A stretch of DNA of 64,000 nt, taken from assembly GCA_947584375.1 (NCBI GenBank), contig CANPWL010000005.1, forward strand, positions 19,877 through 83,876, given 5' to 3'. Every line of letters starts with the position of its first letter. Positions within the stretch are counted from its first letter, which is position 1. This DNA comes from an uncultured Clostridia bacterium (GTDB lineage Bacteria; Bacillota; Clostridia; Oscillospirales; Ruminococcaceae). The notes below the pieces were generated by a model. It saw only the letters and a program-made list of their open reading frames with translations. It ran no database searches and was not told the DNA's origin. Below are positions 28,232 to 38,674 of the stretch, one piece after another. Position numbers and translations under genes: made by a program.

Positions 28232-29254
28232 CTATCTGACAACTATCTCGTCGCCCTCTTTAAGTCCCGATTTTATTTCAGAAGCAGTTGCCGTTTCAAG
28301 CCCTACTTCAACCTCTCTTGCTTCTCTTTCTCCATTTTGATTGATAATATATACAATACTTTGCCCGTTAACCTTTTTTACAAGCCTTGAAGGAATACTG
28401 ATAACATTCTCCGCTTTATCCAGAATTAAAACGGCATCGGCAATATTACCTATTGCATTTGTCGGTATATTTCCCCCTGTAAATTTAATATAAACATGGT
28501 CCGCCTCAAATTTTTGATTGCTTTTTTCTGGAATTTTGGATGGGATCATATAAACTTTTCCCAAATAATATTTATTATTATATTTAATTTTCAGCTTTTG
28601 CTTCATTTTATATCTGGTCAAATTGTCCTGACTTGGCTGAATCGACAAAAATAAGCTTTCCGGATCAACTATTGACGCAACAGTTTCTCCTGCTGATATT
28701 TCATCTCCTGCTGAAAGTGAAGTTACAGATGAAACTGTCCCCGAACCGTCTGCATAAAGAAATGAATTATCCAACTGTTCATTTAACTGATCAAGCTCAT
28801 TTTCAAGAATATCAATTTCCACCTGTGCATTATCTATCTCCGCCTGAAACGCTTTATTCTTCTTTAAAATCTTTTTCTGAAGCTGTGCTTTTTTTATATG
28901 AAGCTCTTTGTCCTTTATTTGAAATTCCAAATCTCCAGTATCAAGCTCACAAATCAAGTCACCGTCTGTAACCTTATCGCCGGCGGAAACATGTATTTTT
29001 TTGATTTTTCCGCCCTGATTTTCATATGAAAGCTCTACCGTATTCAATGACTCGATCTTGCCTGAATAGATAATTTGCTTGATAAGGTCGCTTTTTTTCG
29101 CTTTAATAGTAGTGTATTTTACCTCGCTCGCCTTGACATTCGGAGCCTCTAGAATCTCTTCCTCATCGGGAAGAAAATAGCATCCGCATAACATTGACAT
29201 AGACATTACCGCTGCCAAACATATAGAAACGTATTTTTTAACCATATTGATCAC
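28232..29254 (-). CDS. Efflux periplasmic adaptor (HlyD/MFP family) lipoprotein
   Basis: Lipobox-like MLCGC. Long coiled-coil segment (AQLQKKILKKNKAFQAEIDNAQVEIDILENELDQLNEQL). Beta-rich C-terminus. Directly upstream of the permease. Confidence 0.75.
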   Translation of the reverse strand: MINMVKKYVSICLAAVMSMSMLCGCYFLPDEEEILEAPNVKASEVKYTTIKAKKSDLIKQIIYSGKIESLNTVELSYENQGGKIKKIHVSAGDKVTDGDLICELDTGDLEFQIKDKELHIKKAQLQKKILKKNKAFQAEIDNAQVEIDILENELDQLNEQLDNSFLYADGSGTVSSVTSLSAGDEISAGETVASIVDPESLFLSIQPSQDNLTRYKMKQKLKIKYNNKYYLGKVYMIPSKIPEKSNQKFEADHVYIKFTGGNIPTNAIGNIADAVLILDKAENVISIPSRLVKKVNGQSIVYIINQNGEREAREVEVGLETATASEIKSGLKEGDEIVVR

Positions 29255-29355
29255 TATTCCTTATCAGCAGATTTTAATCAAAAGACAAAATCCCAATTCA
29301 ATTATTTAAACAAAGCAAGGGACACACTTAAAATGCACCCCTTGACTGATTAAAA

Positions 29356-31107
29356 CTATTTATAGAGTGGTCCGTAATTTTTGCAGGCTCTGTAATCAGC
29401 GCCTTCTAAATCTTTTGTGCCGAATGCACTCCAACAATGAGGACGATAAATGTCATCATCAGGAACATTGTGCATTGAAACCGGAATTCTCAGCATTGAA
29501 GCAAGAGTAATGAGGTCAGCGCCTATATGTCCATATGAAAGAGAACCATGATTAGCTCCCCAGTTAGCCATAACACTGTATACGTCTTTAAACGCACCCT
29601 TTCCGGTAAGTCTGGGCGCAAACCAAGTAGTAGGCCATGTTGGGTCTGTTCTTTTATCGATAGTATTGTGTATTTGGTCAGGCAGAACACAAGTATATCC
29701 CTCTGCGATCTGTAAAACAGGACCCAGTCCGTCAACAATATTCAATCTCATCATTGTAACCGGCATTTCTGCTAATGTCTTCCAGTGAGATGAGAATCCG
29801 CCGCCTCTGAAGTAACCTAAATTTGCTGGACGCCAGTCAGTAGCCTTTAAACAAGCGTCAATATTCTCATCTGTCATATCCCACCACTTTTTCATCATGC
29901 CTTCAGCAGCGCCTGTTCCGTCAAGTGCGGCAGCGCCTGAATTGATTAAGTGGATAAATCCGTTTGCAGCCTTTCCCTCAGGTCTTATACCGCAAACTCT
30001 TTCAACAGCATCAGGACTCCAGTATGTTCTTACGTCTGCAAAAATACTTGCGGTATGTGAAAGCAAGTGTCCGAACAACATTGAAACACCGTTTAATCCA
30101 TCGTTTTCGGTTGCAAGAATAACAGGCTTTCTCTTTCCGTTCCAGTCGAAAGTAGAGTTTAACATAGCCTCACAGAAATCTGCGTTCGGTTTATAGTCTG
30201 TCCATTGTCTTTGTCCCTGGAAGCCGCCAAGCAAAGCGTTTCTTCCGCAGGATTCTTCAACCCAGCCCATATCGGCAAGCTTTGGATTGCCAAGCATTAT
30301 GTCACGGATTATAAGAGTCATCTTAACAGTGAACTCCCAATCCTTCTCACTTCTCTCATCACCCTGAACAATAGGAGGGTCGTTTACATTATCATCTCCC
30401 TGAGGACAGTGCTCCTTTGTCCAAGCAAGAGCCTTTTTAAACTCTTCCTCATCATAAATTCCGAGTTCCATACGTCTTAAAATTTCAACTTCATCTACCC
30501 ACTCGGCACGAAGACCCAAATACTTTGCAAAGAAATCTACATTGCAGTATGAACCTGCTATACCCATTGCAACAGCGCCAATATTACAGTATGCTTTGTT
30601 TCTCATTTCCCCGACTGCAACAGCGCATCTCGCAAAACGCAAGAGCTTTTCCTCAACATCAGCAGGAACCTCTTTATCACCGATATCTTTAACGTCGTGA
30701 CCGTAAATTGCAAAGCAAGGCTGACCGTTCTGTGCATAAGCCGCCATAGCTGCTGCTAAATATACAGCTCCCGGACGCTCTGTTCCGTTAAAGCCCCATA
30801 ATGCTTTTATCGTAGTAGGATTGTTGTCCGTGGTTTCTGTTCCGTAACACCAGCAAGGTGAAACGGAAAGAGTTGCAATAACATTTTCTTTTGAGAATTT
30901 CTCCTCACACAGTGCAGCCTCATAACCTCCGCCGATTGTTGTATCCGCAATAACGCACTGAACAGGCGTACCGTCTGAATATCTTACCTTAGAACTAATC
31001 AAATCAGCCGCAATCTTAGCCATATCCATTGTCTGGTCTTCCAAGCCTTCACGAATACCTTTTCTTCTTCCGTCGATTATAGGTCTTATTCCTATTTTGT
31101 AATACAT
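29356..31107 (-). CDS. fucI: L-fucose isomerase
   Basis: 583 aa, colinear with E. coli FucI as I recall it: [38 protein letters not shown]-terminal NYGPLYK. Confidence 0.93.
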   Translation of the reverse strand: MYYKIGIRPIIDGRRKGIREGLEDQTMDMAKIAADLISSKVRYSDGTPVQCVIADTTIGGGYEAALCEEKFSKENVIATLSVSPCWCYGTETTDNNPTTIKALWGFNGTERPGAVYLAAAMAAYAQNGQPCFAIYGHDVKDIGDKEVPADVEEKLLRFARCAVAVGEMRNKAYCNIGAVAMGIAGSYCNVDFFAKYLGLRAEWVDEVEILRRMELGIYDEEEFKKALAWTKEHCPQGDDNVNDPPIVQGDERSEKDWEFTVKMTLIIRDIMLGNPKLADMGWVEESCGRNALLGGFQGQRQWTDYKPNADFCEAMLNSTFDWNGKRKPVILATENDGLNGVSMLFGHLLSHTASIFADVRTYWSPDAVERVCGIRPEGKAANGFIHLINSGAAALDGTGAAEGMMKKWWDMTDENIDACLKATDWRPANLGYFRGGGFSSHWKTLAEMPVTMMRLNIVDGLGPVLQIAEGYTCVLPDQIHNTIDKRTDPTWPTTWFAPRLTGKGAFKDVYSVMANWGANHGSLSYGHIGADLITLASMLRIPVSMHNVPDDDIYRPHCWSAFGTKDLEGADYRACKNYGPLYK

Positions 31108-31123
31108 TCTCGTTCCCTCCGAT

Positions 31124-32608
31124 TTATTTAATTTTTATTATTTTCTTGAAGTCACTATATGCCCTTTCAAAAGCTTTTACGCTTCTTTCATCAGGTTTGA
31201 AGTATTTTATGTTATCCGATTTTGCAATAATTTCTCTTGCCGATTTTGTATCTGAAACAGTTCCGTCCGACATAAGCTGAACCGCTATATTGCCGAACAC
31301 AGTCGCTTCAACAGGTCCTGCTGTAACACAAACGTTGCAGGAATTTGCAGTCATCTGACATAAAAGACCGTCTTTTGTTCCTCCTCCGACAACATTTATA
31401 ACTTTATAATCCTTACCCATAAGCTCTTTTATCTGTTCAAACGCATATCGGTATTTCAAACTCAAACTCTCATAAATACATCTGACAATTTCACCGACCG
31501 TCTGTGGTACATACTGCCCTGTTTCTTTACAGAATTCCTGAATCCTCTTAGGAAGATTACCCGGCGGCGTAAGAGTAGGGTAGTCAGGATCTACAAAACA
31601 TTTAAACGGCTCGCTTTCAAGTGCAAGTTTTTCAAGATCGGCAAAGGAATAATCCTTCCCCTCTCTTAGCCATTGCCGTCTGCTTTCCTGAATCAGCCAA
31701 AGTCCGATTATATTCTTTAAGATATTAGTTGTTCCACCATATCCGCCCTCGTTTGTGAGATTAAGCTCATAAGCCTTGTCTGATACGATAGGACCATCGG
31801 TCTCCGTTCCCAAAAGCGACCACGTTCCGCATGAAACAAATATAAAATCCTTTTCCTGGGTCGGAACAGCTACAACCGCATTCTGTGTATCGTGTCCGCA
31901 AACTGCTATTACAGGGACTTTTTGAAGTCCCAATTCCTCACACAAATCATCACGCAGCTCGCCTATCTTTGTTCCGCTCGGAACTATTTCTCCAAACAAC
32001 TTTTGAGGAAGCCCCAAAGCGTCAATCACATCTCTGTTCCAATCTCTGGTTTTCGGATCAACAAGCTGAGTAGTCGAAGCAATTGAGTACTCGGTTTTTA
32101 TCTCACCGGTAAGAAAATAGTTAAACAAATCAGGAGTAAGCAGCATAGTTTCAGCACGGTCTAGTAATGTTCGTCTGTTTTCTTTAAGAGATAAAAGCTG
32201 AAACGCAGTATTTATCTCCATAATCTGATTTCCCGTTTGCTTATACAGATTTGAAAGCGGAATAAGCTCTTTCGCCCTGTCAACCATTCCCGCTGTTCTT
32301 TTATCACGGTAGTTTACTCCGTTTTCCAAAAGAACGCCGTCACTGTCGATAAGTCCGAAATCAACGCCCCAGGTATTTATTCCGATGCTTTCAAATCCGC
32401 CTGCAAGTTTAGCCTTGGTCAGCCCCTGCTTTATCTCGTAAAATAGTCTCAGCGTATCCCAATACAGAATTCCGTTCAAAGATACAGGATCATTTGAAAA
32501 CCTGTGGATTTCTGATAATTCGATCCTGTCTCCGTCGAATACACCAAGCATTGCTCGTCCGCTTGAAGCACCGAAATCAAATGCCAATACTCTTTTTTTT
32601 ACGCTCAT
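31124..32608 (-). CDS. FGGY-family sugar kinase, rhamnulokinase-like; context suggests L-fuculokinase activity
   Basis: 494 aa. [27 protein letters not shown] and [10 protein letters not shown] motifs resemble RhaB rather than E. coli FucK. Sits between fucI and the aldolase gene. Confidence 0.85.
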   Translation of the reverse strand: MSVKKRVLAFDFGASSGRAMLGVFDGDRIELSEIHRFSNDPVSLNGILYWDTLRLFYEIKQGLTKAKLAGGFESIGINTWGVDFGLIDSDGVLLENGVNYRDKRTAGMVDRAKELIPLSNLYKQTGNQIMEINTAFQLLSLKENRRTLLDRAETMLLTPDLFNYFLTGEIKTEYSIASTTQLVDPKTRDWNRDVIDALGLPQKLFGEIVPSGTKIGELRDDLCEELGLQKVPVIAVCGHDTQNAVVAVPTQEKDFIFVSCGTWSLLGTETDGPIVSDKAYELNLTNEGGYGGTTNILKNIIGLWLIQESRRQWLREGKDYSFADLEKLALESEPFKCFVDPDYPTLTPPGNLPKRIQEFCKETGQYVPQTVGEIVRCIYESLSLKYRYAFEQIKELMGKDYKVINVVGGGTKDGLLCQMTANSCNVCVTAGPVEATVFGNIAVQLMSDGTVSDTKSAREIIAKSDNIKYFKPDERSVKAFERAYSDFKKIIKIK

Positions 32609-32622
32609 TTAATATCCCTCAA

Positions 32623-33318
32623 TTATTTAGAATATTTTTTGTATCCCGGGTGCTTTCCTGTAACCCCATACTGAGGACGCATACCGATAAGTCTGTCTAT
32701 ATTCTCTCTTGATATGTCTTTAACTCCGCCAAGAAGTCTTGCCACAAGTGAAATCTTAGCCTGAAGTTCCAAAGTTTCCATTCGGTAATACGCTGTAATC
32801 AAATCAGCCCCGACTGTCAATGCACCGTGATTTTCTAAAAGCATACAGTCATGCTCCTGCAAATAAGGCTCTATCGCATCAGGAACCTCATATGTTGAAG
32901 GGGTACCGTAAGGCGTCAGCGGAACTGAACCCACTGCTATAACTGTTTCAATCATACAATAGTCGTCCATAGGGAGCTGTGCACAGGCAAAGCCTGTTGC
33001 CGTAGGCGGGTGAGCGTGAACTACTGCGCCCACATCAGGTCTGTCGTGATAGCATTTCAAATGCATTTTGACCTCAGACGACGGACGCCAGCCCTCTGCT
33101 GCGTCCAATATATTAAACTCATCATCTATCAAACCGATTTTATCGGGAGTGATAAACGCTTTTGAAACTCCTGTCTGAGTAGCAAGGTATTTACCCTCGG
33201 CAACCTTTACGGTTACGTTACCGTCATTTGCCGCAACCCAACCCTGCTGCCACATTTTGTGACAGACATCAACTATCTGCTCTTTGATATCCTCATACAT
33301 AAAAATACGTCCTTTCAA
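32623..33318 (-). CDS. fucA: Class II aldolase, probable L-fuculose-1-phosphate aldolase
   Basis: 231 aa. Class II aldolase/adducin-type metal-His region (VVHAHPP). First gene of the fuc trio. Confidence 0.75.
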   Translation of the reverse strand: MKGRIFMYEDIKEQIVDVCHKMWQQGWVAANDGNVTVKVAEGKYLATQTGVSKAFITPDKIGLIDDEFNILDAAEGWRPSSEVKMHLKCYHDRPDVGAVVHAHPPTATGFACAQLPMDDYCMIETVIAVGSVPLTPYGTPSTYEVPDAIEPYLQEHDCMLLENHGALTVGADLITAYYRMETLELQAKISLVARLLGGVKDISRENIDRLIGMRPQYGVTGKHPGYKKYSK

Positions 33319-33398
33319 AATTTATATACACTATTATTATACTTTATTTTATGATGATTGTCTATCAAAAGACCATTGCTTCAATATAGAAAATTTAC

Positions 33399-33447
33399 CG
33401 GTATTTTTGTGAAAAATTACAAAAATACCGCAAACAAAATTGTTTGC
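33399..33447 (-). terminator. Two adjacent hairpins (terminator of the upstream gene and/or operator of the fuc genes)
   Basis: 12-bp stem CGGTATTTTTGT (33399-33410) / ACAAAAATACCG (33419-33430). 7-bp stem GCAAACA (33430-33436) / TGTTTGC (33441-33447). Confidence 0.5.
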
Positions 33448-33459
33448 AGTATTAATGCT

Positions 33460-33891
33460 CTATTTCTTTTCATGACTTAAAAATCTATGCTTTAATCTGT
33501 CTTTATAAATATTTTCTTTTTCCGAGTTCCTTTTTGTTTCAAGATTTCCTTTTTTCTTTGTTCCTTCAACAAAATCAATAGGAATAGTAAACAGTATGCC
33601 TGTATTGGGTTTTGAAAGATCACCAACTGTACTATATACAACCCTTCTTGCAATATCAAGCTGATCGTCTTTAATAACAGAAATTATAGTTTTATTGTCA
33701 TCGTCAACTCCGTTTGCAGTAAAAAGAGAGCGTATAGACGAACTGATAAAGCTTGATTCCATTTTAGAAAGCGTCATAACAAGTCCTGATGACTCAAATA
33801 TTGTAGCACCGCTTATTCCGACTGCGGATAACCCCTCCAGCAGGTATTCAAGCGAGTCTGTTTTATTGAGTATCAAAACCATAAGTTTCAT
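33460..33891 (-). CDS. Hypothetical protein; N-terminus resembles a P-II/DarA-like beta-alpha-beta fold
   Basis: 143 aa. MKLMVLILNKTDSLEYLLEGLSAVGISGATIFESSG pattern. Basic C-terminal tail. The assignment is weak. Confidence 0.35.
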   Translation of the reverse strand: MKLMVLILNKTDSLEYLLEGLSAVGISGATIFESSGLVMTLSKMESSFISSSIRSLFTANGVDDDNKTIISVIKDDQLDIARRVVYSTVGDLSKPNTGILFTIPIDFVEGTKKKGNLETKRNSEKENIYKDRLKHRFLSHEKK

Positions 33892-33934
33892 AAGTCCATA
33901 TCCTCCATAATTGATTTATACTTACAAACAATGA

Positions 33935-34849
33935 TTATTGCTCTACTTTAAATGCAGTTTTTATCTGCGTTTTAAATGCGTCATCAAATGTAAACTTGTC
34001 TTGCTTTTCAGACCATGTTCCGGTAGGAGTGAGCATATCGGCAGGATTATCGAAATTATCCATAACGTAATAATAAAATTCTTTTGTTTCCTCAAAGTCA
34101 TTTACGTTAAAGTTCTTTTCAGATGATTCCTTCATCAGATTAGAGTATATGGAATCAAGATTATCTCTTGTTGTCTGAAGCTTAAAACCGCTGTTGATCA
34201 AGCTCTTCATAAATCCCCCCGCAACCAATACGTTCTGTGATTTGCCGTCTTTGTATTTCGGGTATGTTATAAACATTCTTATTTGAGAGCCTTGAAGTGA
34301 TATCTTATCTCCCTTTGAATAATTTATTATATCATCGGAATTTTTATCAACATAATACATATTCTCTGTAATTTCATATGTAATACTTCCGATATTATCA
34401 CATAAATTCTCAAAGCATTCCTGACTCATTGACATATATCTGTCAATACTTATACCCAAAACTTCTGAAACGGCTTTTGTGGTTTCAGCCGCACCGTTTG
34501 ACTGAAAAATCTGACTTATAGTTTGAGCTGTACTGTCAGCAGAAGCTGTGGTATACGGTGACAAAGGAACCAGAAGAATTTTACCGTCAACAGGCATAAA
34601 CCTTGCAATCATAGCTGTCTCCAACTTGTTTTTATCGTCCTTTACCATATAGAAAAAGGTCTGATTATTTTTTTCTGTCGGAGAACTGTCTTCAACAGAA
34701 TAAGATGATGAACCTTGCGGCTCTATCACCATTTTATTCATAAGTCCTATTGCAATTGCGCCGAAAATGATGATGAAAACAACCATAGTTGAAAAGTAAA
34801 CAAGTGCAATGGGTGCCTGAGAATTTCTTTTTTTCTTATTCTTCGCCAT
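33935..34849 (-). CDS. Membrane-anchored protein with a degenerate LytR-CpsA-Psr (LCP)-like domain
   Basis: N-terminal TM helix. The segment TAMIARFMPVDGKILLVPLSP...VLGISIDRYMSMSQECFENLCDNIGSITYEI follows the LCP-domain pattern. The conserved Arg residues are not obvious. Confidence 0.4.
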   Translation of the reverse strand: MAKNKKKRNSQAPIALVYFSTMVVFIIIFGAIAIGLMNKMVIEPQGSSSYSVEDSSPTEKNNQTFFYMVKDDKNKLETAMIARFMPVDGKILLVPLSPYTTASADSTAQTISQIFQSNGAAETTKAVSEVLGISIDRYMSMSQECFENLCDNIGSITYEITENMYYVDKNSDDIINYSKGDKISLQGSQIRMFITYPKYKDGKSQNVLVAGGFMKSLINSGFKLQTTRDNLDSIYSNLMKESSEKNFNVNDFEETKEFYYYVMDNFDNPADMLTPTGTWSEKQDKFTFDDAFKTQIKTAFKVEQ

Positions 34850-35008
34850 AATTTTTCACCATGCCTTTGAAATCAAAGGCTCCTTTCCTGCGTGAAAAGT
34901 GTTTTATCCCTTTTTTATATAAAATTTTATACTTTTTTATTTCAAAAAAGATATTTATACTTGAAACTTAACTTGTAAAGGTGTAAACTAAAATAGGTTT
35001 ATTAATAT

Positions 35009-35578
35009 TTATTTCAACACCGGTGCGTTTTTATTTATATCAATAATATGAACATCAATACCTTTGCTTAGTGCATAACGTATTGTCTGACCCGTACCGC
35101 TCCGATAATTGTCTACAACAGCTATGACCTTTGAAGAATTATCGACCATAAAGTGATTTCTCTTCTGCATACAGTTCTGTGTATATCTTTCTTCTAAATA
35201 ATAAACCTTGTCGGCAGAAGCAACAATATTATCGTATTCCCACTTTTCGGCATTTTTAAGGTTTTTTCCGTGTCCTTTATACGGAATAGCACATATAAGC
35301 TTTAACCTAGGATTTTTAATGCGTTTTTCAAATATATACCCTGCCGCCCAAAGGTCGATACCTCTTGCCATTCCGGTAATAAAATTTGTATAACCGTTTT
35401 CAATAGTATTTTCAATTTCCAGATACAGCATACTGATGAGCCGTCTTATCTGCGGAGAATTTACATTGCCGCTTTGAGAAAGTTTTTCGGGTCTGTGTCC
35501 GGAAAAACAGCAAGTACTATTTATGTCAAATCCATCTTTTGATATTGTGTTTAATGTCAAAGCTTCCCCTTCTAACAC
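35009..35578 (-). CDS. SLOG-fold DUF1273 (YpsA-like) protein
   Basis: 189 aa. CCFSGHRPEKL, ITGMARGIDLWAA, AIPYKGH. Comparable in size and layout to B. subtilis YpsA. Confidence 0.7.
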   Translation of the reverse strand: MLEGEALTLNTISKDGFDINSTCCFSGHRPEKLSQSGNVNSPQIRRLISMLYLEIENTIENGYTNFITGMARGIDLWAAGYIFEKRIKNPRLKLICAIPYKGHGKNLKNAEKWEYDNIVASADKVYYLEERYTQNCMQKRNHFMVDNSSKVIAVVDNYRSGTGQTIRYALSKGIDVHIIDINKNAPVLK

Positions 35579-35765
35579 CGTTTTGTAATAAATGATTATT
35601 ATATATGCGTATCCTTATATAGCATATCACAAATTCCGAAAATTATCAATAGCGATTTATATAATTTCATCATACAGCAATTTTATTTAGATAAAATTTG
35701 AGAAGATAACCTCCCTGATAATTTTTAAACAGGCTATGCGCCGCAGGCAAAAGAAAGGAATTTTT

Positions 35766-36932
35766 ATGTCATACCTTAAAAGAGCATGGGCTGAAACCCA
35801 TTTGGATCGAATTAAAAACAATGTGGAAAATTATAAGAAATATCTTAAACCTGAAACAGAGCTTTTATGCGTTGTTAAAGCAAATTGCTATGGAAACGGC
35901 GACGACGCTATCGTTCCTTATCTTGAAAATGAGCTTAATGTAAACTGGTTTGCAGTATCTAATATAGAAGAAGCAATGCATTTAAGAGATATAGGCATTT
36001 CAGGGGAAATATTGATTTTAGGATACACTCCTCCCGAATATGCAAGGGAACTTATAAAATATGATATTATACAAGCAATAACTGAGGAAAATTATGCTGA
36101 AAAGCTGTCAAATTTTACTCCGTTCGGCAATAAAATACGAGTTCACTGCGCTCTTGACACTGGTATGACAAGAATTGGCGTGTATGAAAGCACGATCGAA
36201 AGGGCGTGCCATACTATTGAGCGTATCTCTAAACTCAAAGGGCTGCAGCTAGAGGGTATCTTTACTCATTTTGCCGCTGCCGACAGCAATAATCAAGATG
36301 ATATCAAATACACTGAAATGCAAGCTGAAAAAATCATATCCGTTGCAGACGAGCTTAAAAAACACCTTGTTGTTTTAAATCAAATACACTTTTTAAATTC
36401 AGCCGGAGGTATTTATCATTCAAACAGTAAAAGCACTCTCGCAAGGCTTGGAATAGTTATGTATGGACTAAAACCGGATTCTTCATTAGAAATTCCTTTT
36501 AAACTAGAGCCTGCACTTGATCTTAAAGCCTGCGTAGCTATGGTTAAAGAGGTAGACAAAGACGTCTTTATAAGCTACGGAAGAACATATAAGACCGAGA
36601 GCCCCGCTAAGATCGCAACCATCACGATCGGGTATGCAGACGGCTATCCAAGGTTTCTTTCAAATAAAGGGGAAGTTCTTATTCACGGAAAAAGAGCAAA
36701 AATAGTAGGCAGAGTATGTATGGATCAAATTATGTGCGATGTAACAGGAATTGATGTAAAAGCAGGAGATATCGCAACTCTTATAGGCACTGACGGCAAT
36801 GAAACCATTACCGCTGACGATATAGCAAATATAGGCGGAACTATCGGATATGAGATCATATGCAATATTTCAAGACGTGTTCCCAGAGTTATTTATGAAA
36901 ATGGTAAACAGACAGCAATTTTAAAGTATTAA
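35766..36932 (+). CDS. alr: Alanine racemase
   Basis: PLP-Lys motif VVKANCYGNG and the GYADGYPR motif. Start moved to ATG 35766 (SD AAAGGAA) from ORF start 35736. Confidence 0.92.
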   Translation: MSYLKRAWAETHLDRIKNNVENYKKYLKPETELLCVVKANCYGNGDDAIVPYLENELNVNWFAVSNIEEAMHLRDIGISGEILILGYTPPEYARELIKYDIIQAITEENYAEKLSNFTPFGNKIRVHCALDTGMTRIGVYESTIERACHTIERISKLKGLQLEGIFTHFAAADSNNQDDIKYTEMQAEKIISVADELKKHLVVLNQIHFLNSAGGIYHSNSKSTLARLGIVMYGLKPDSSLEIPFKLEPALDLKACVAMVKEVDKDVFISYGRTYKTESPAKIATITIGYADGYPRFLSNKGEVLIHGKRAKIVGRVCMDQIMCDVTGIDVKAGDIATLIGTDGNETITADDIANIGGTIGYEIICNISRRVPRVIYENGKQTAILKY

Positions 36933-37020
36933 ATTTAAACAATTTTTATAACATTCTATTGACATTTTATTAAAAGTAGTATAATATATAAAGGAAAAAT
37001 ACATATTGGAGGATTTTAAA

Positions 37021-37908
37021 ATGCCTAAATTTTGTTCACAATGCGGTTCACAGTTAAGTGACGACGCTTTGTTCTGTAATTCATGCGGAGCTAAAGTAAC
37101 CGATACGCAGGAATCGACAATTGAAAATACACCAATTACTCAGGAAGTAAATGAGCCTGCTAAAGAAGCAGTAAAAGAAAATGAAGAAGAAATAACCGAA
37201 AGTAACGTTTCAGATACATCGGCTAAAGAAACTGAAGCTGATGCGTCAGAAGATGAAGAAACAGCTGAAGCATCACAGCCGGCAGCTGAGGCAACACCTC
37301 TTGATAAGGGCATTGCCTATGCCAAGGATAAAGTAGGAGATAAATATGAGGCATTTAAAACAAGCCCTAACCGTGATAAATACATCGGTTTTACTGCTAT
37401 CGGAATTGTAATTATAGTTGTTCTCTGTATCGTTTTTTCACTTATATTCGGCGGCGGATATAAAAGTGCAGTTAAAAGCTATATAAAGGCAAGTACAGAG
37501 GGCGGGTATGATAATTTTGTAGATGCTACTCCCGACATAATTTTAGACGCTGTAATTGAAGATGAATATGACGGCGATGAAGATAAAATGGAAGATGATT
37601 ACAACGATAAACTGAAAGAGTTATCATCTCTTGTTAAAGACATTGATTATGAAATTTTAGATAAAGAAAAATTTGATTCAGATCAGTTAGACGAACTTGA
37701 AGAATCTCTTCAGGACGATTATGAAGATAGTGTTGATGATAAAATAAAGGTTTCAAAGGCATATGAAGTTAAAGTTAAAATAACTGCAGAAATTAAAGGC
37801 AGTGATGAACCGCAATCAGACAGGAAATACCTCATTGTCGCAAAGGTTAACGGCGACTGGGGTGTTGTTGATGAATCAAGCAATTCAAAAATTGATGATT
37901 ACGACTAA
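37021..37908 (+). CDS. Zinc-ribbon membrane protein with an acidic linker and a C-terminal extracytoplasmic domain
   Basis: CSQCG...CNSCG zinc ribbon. Glu/Asp-rich region. One TM helix (IGFTAIGIVIIVVLCIVFSLIF). ATG 37021 preceded by GGAGGA. Confidence 0.55.
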   Translation: MPKFCSQCGSQLSDDALFCNSCGAKVTDTQESTIENTPITQEVNEPAKEAVKENEEEITESNVSDTSAKETEADASEDEETAEASQPAAEATPLDKGIAYAKDKVGDKYEAFKTSPNRDKYIGFTAIGIVIIVVLCIVFSLIFGGGYKSAVKSYIKASTEGGYDNFVDATPDIILDAVIEDEYDGDEDKMEDDYNDKLKELSSLVKDIDYEILDKEKFDSDQLDELEESLQDDYEDSVDDKIKVSKAYEVKVKITAEIKGSDEPQSDRKYLIVAKVNGDWGVVDESSNSKIDDYD

Positions 37909-37937
37909 TAATCCATAGATATAGTATATACTGTTAT

Positions 37938-37970
37938 CAGACGTTCAAGATTTAGAGCGTCTGTTTTTTT
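37938..37970 (+). terminator. Intrinsic terminator
   Basis: Stem CAGACG / CGTCTG followed by TTTTTTT. Confidence 0.65.
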
Positions 37971-38051
37971 GCTTGCGTTTTTTAGTCATTTATAGTATAA
38001 TAATGAAACTGTAAAACACAAATTTTAACTTTAATGAAAGGAAAGTTTCAA

Positions 38052-38561
38052 ATGGCTGAAGTATATAGGATAAAGATTTTCAATAAAGAATACAGCATTC
38101 AGACTGAAGAATCTGAAGAATACACAAAAAAACTTGCTGACACTCTTAACAAAAAACTTTCTGAAATTGTTCAGGGTATTTCTAACATGACTCCTGTTGA
38201 CGGAGCTGTTTTGGTTGCCCTTGACTGTCTGGACAGATCGCTAAAAGCCGACATTAACATAGATAAGATAAGAGGTCAGATAAAGGACTCGGTTGATGAG
38301 GCAACAAAATATGCTGAACAGCTGAAAGAGTCTAATGAAGAAATTTCAAAGCTCACTGCTAAGATCGTTAAGCTTGAAGATGAACTTAAAGAAGCAAACA
38401 GATTGTTAAACCGTCAAGGTGCGTCACGTCAGACAGTTAAGCAAAAGCCTAATCCTGAATATGAAAGATACACAAAAAATGTTAATGAACCAAAGGACGA
38501 CAAAACAACCTTCGTTCCGGATAAGAACGGACAAACTTCATTTTTTAATAAGGATAAATAG
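38052..38561 (+). CDS. zapA: Cell-division protein ZapA-like with an extended coiled-coil C-terminus
   Basis: N-terminal YRIKIFNKEYSIQTEESEEYTKKLADTLNKKLSEI fits the ZapA-domain pattern. ATG 38052 preceded by AAAGGAAAG. Confidence 0.6.
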   Translation: MAEVYRIKIFNKEYSIQTEESEEYTKKLADTLNKKLSEIVQGISNMTPVDGAVLVALDCLDRSLKADINIDKIRGQIKDSVDEATKYAEQLKESNEEISKLTAKIVKLEDELKEANRLLNRQGASRQTVKQKPNPEYERYTKNVNEPKDDKTTFVPDKNGQTSFFNKDK

Positions 38562-38674
38562 CATAAAGTTAAATTTACATTCACATTTTCAGTCTTTACC
38601 GCAAAACTATTGCGATAATTCCGTTATCGGAACAGATTTGTAAACTTTTGCACTGCAAAAGCATGGTGATCAAT

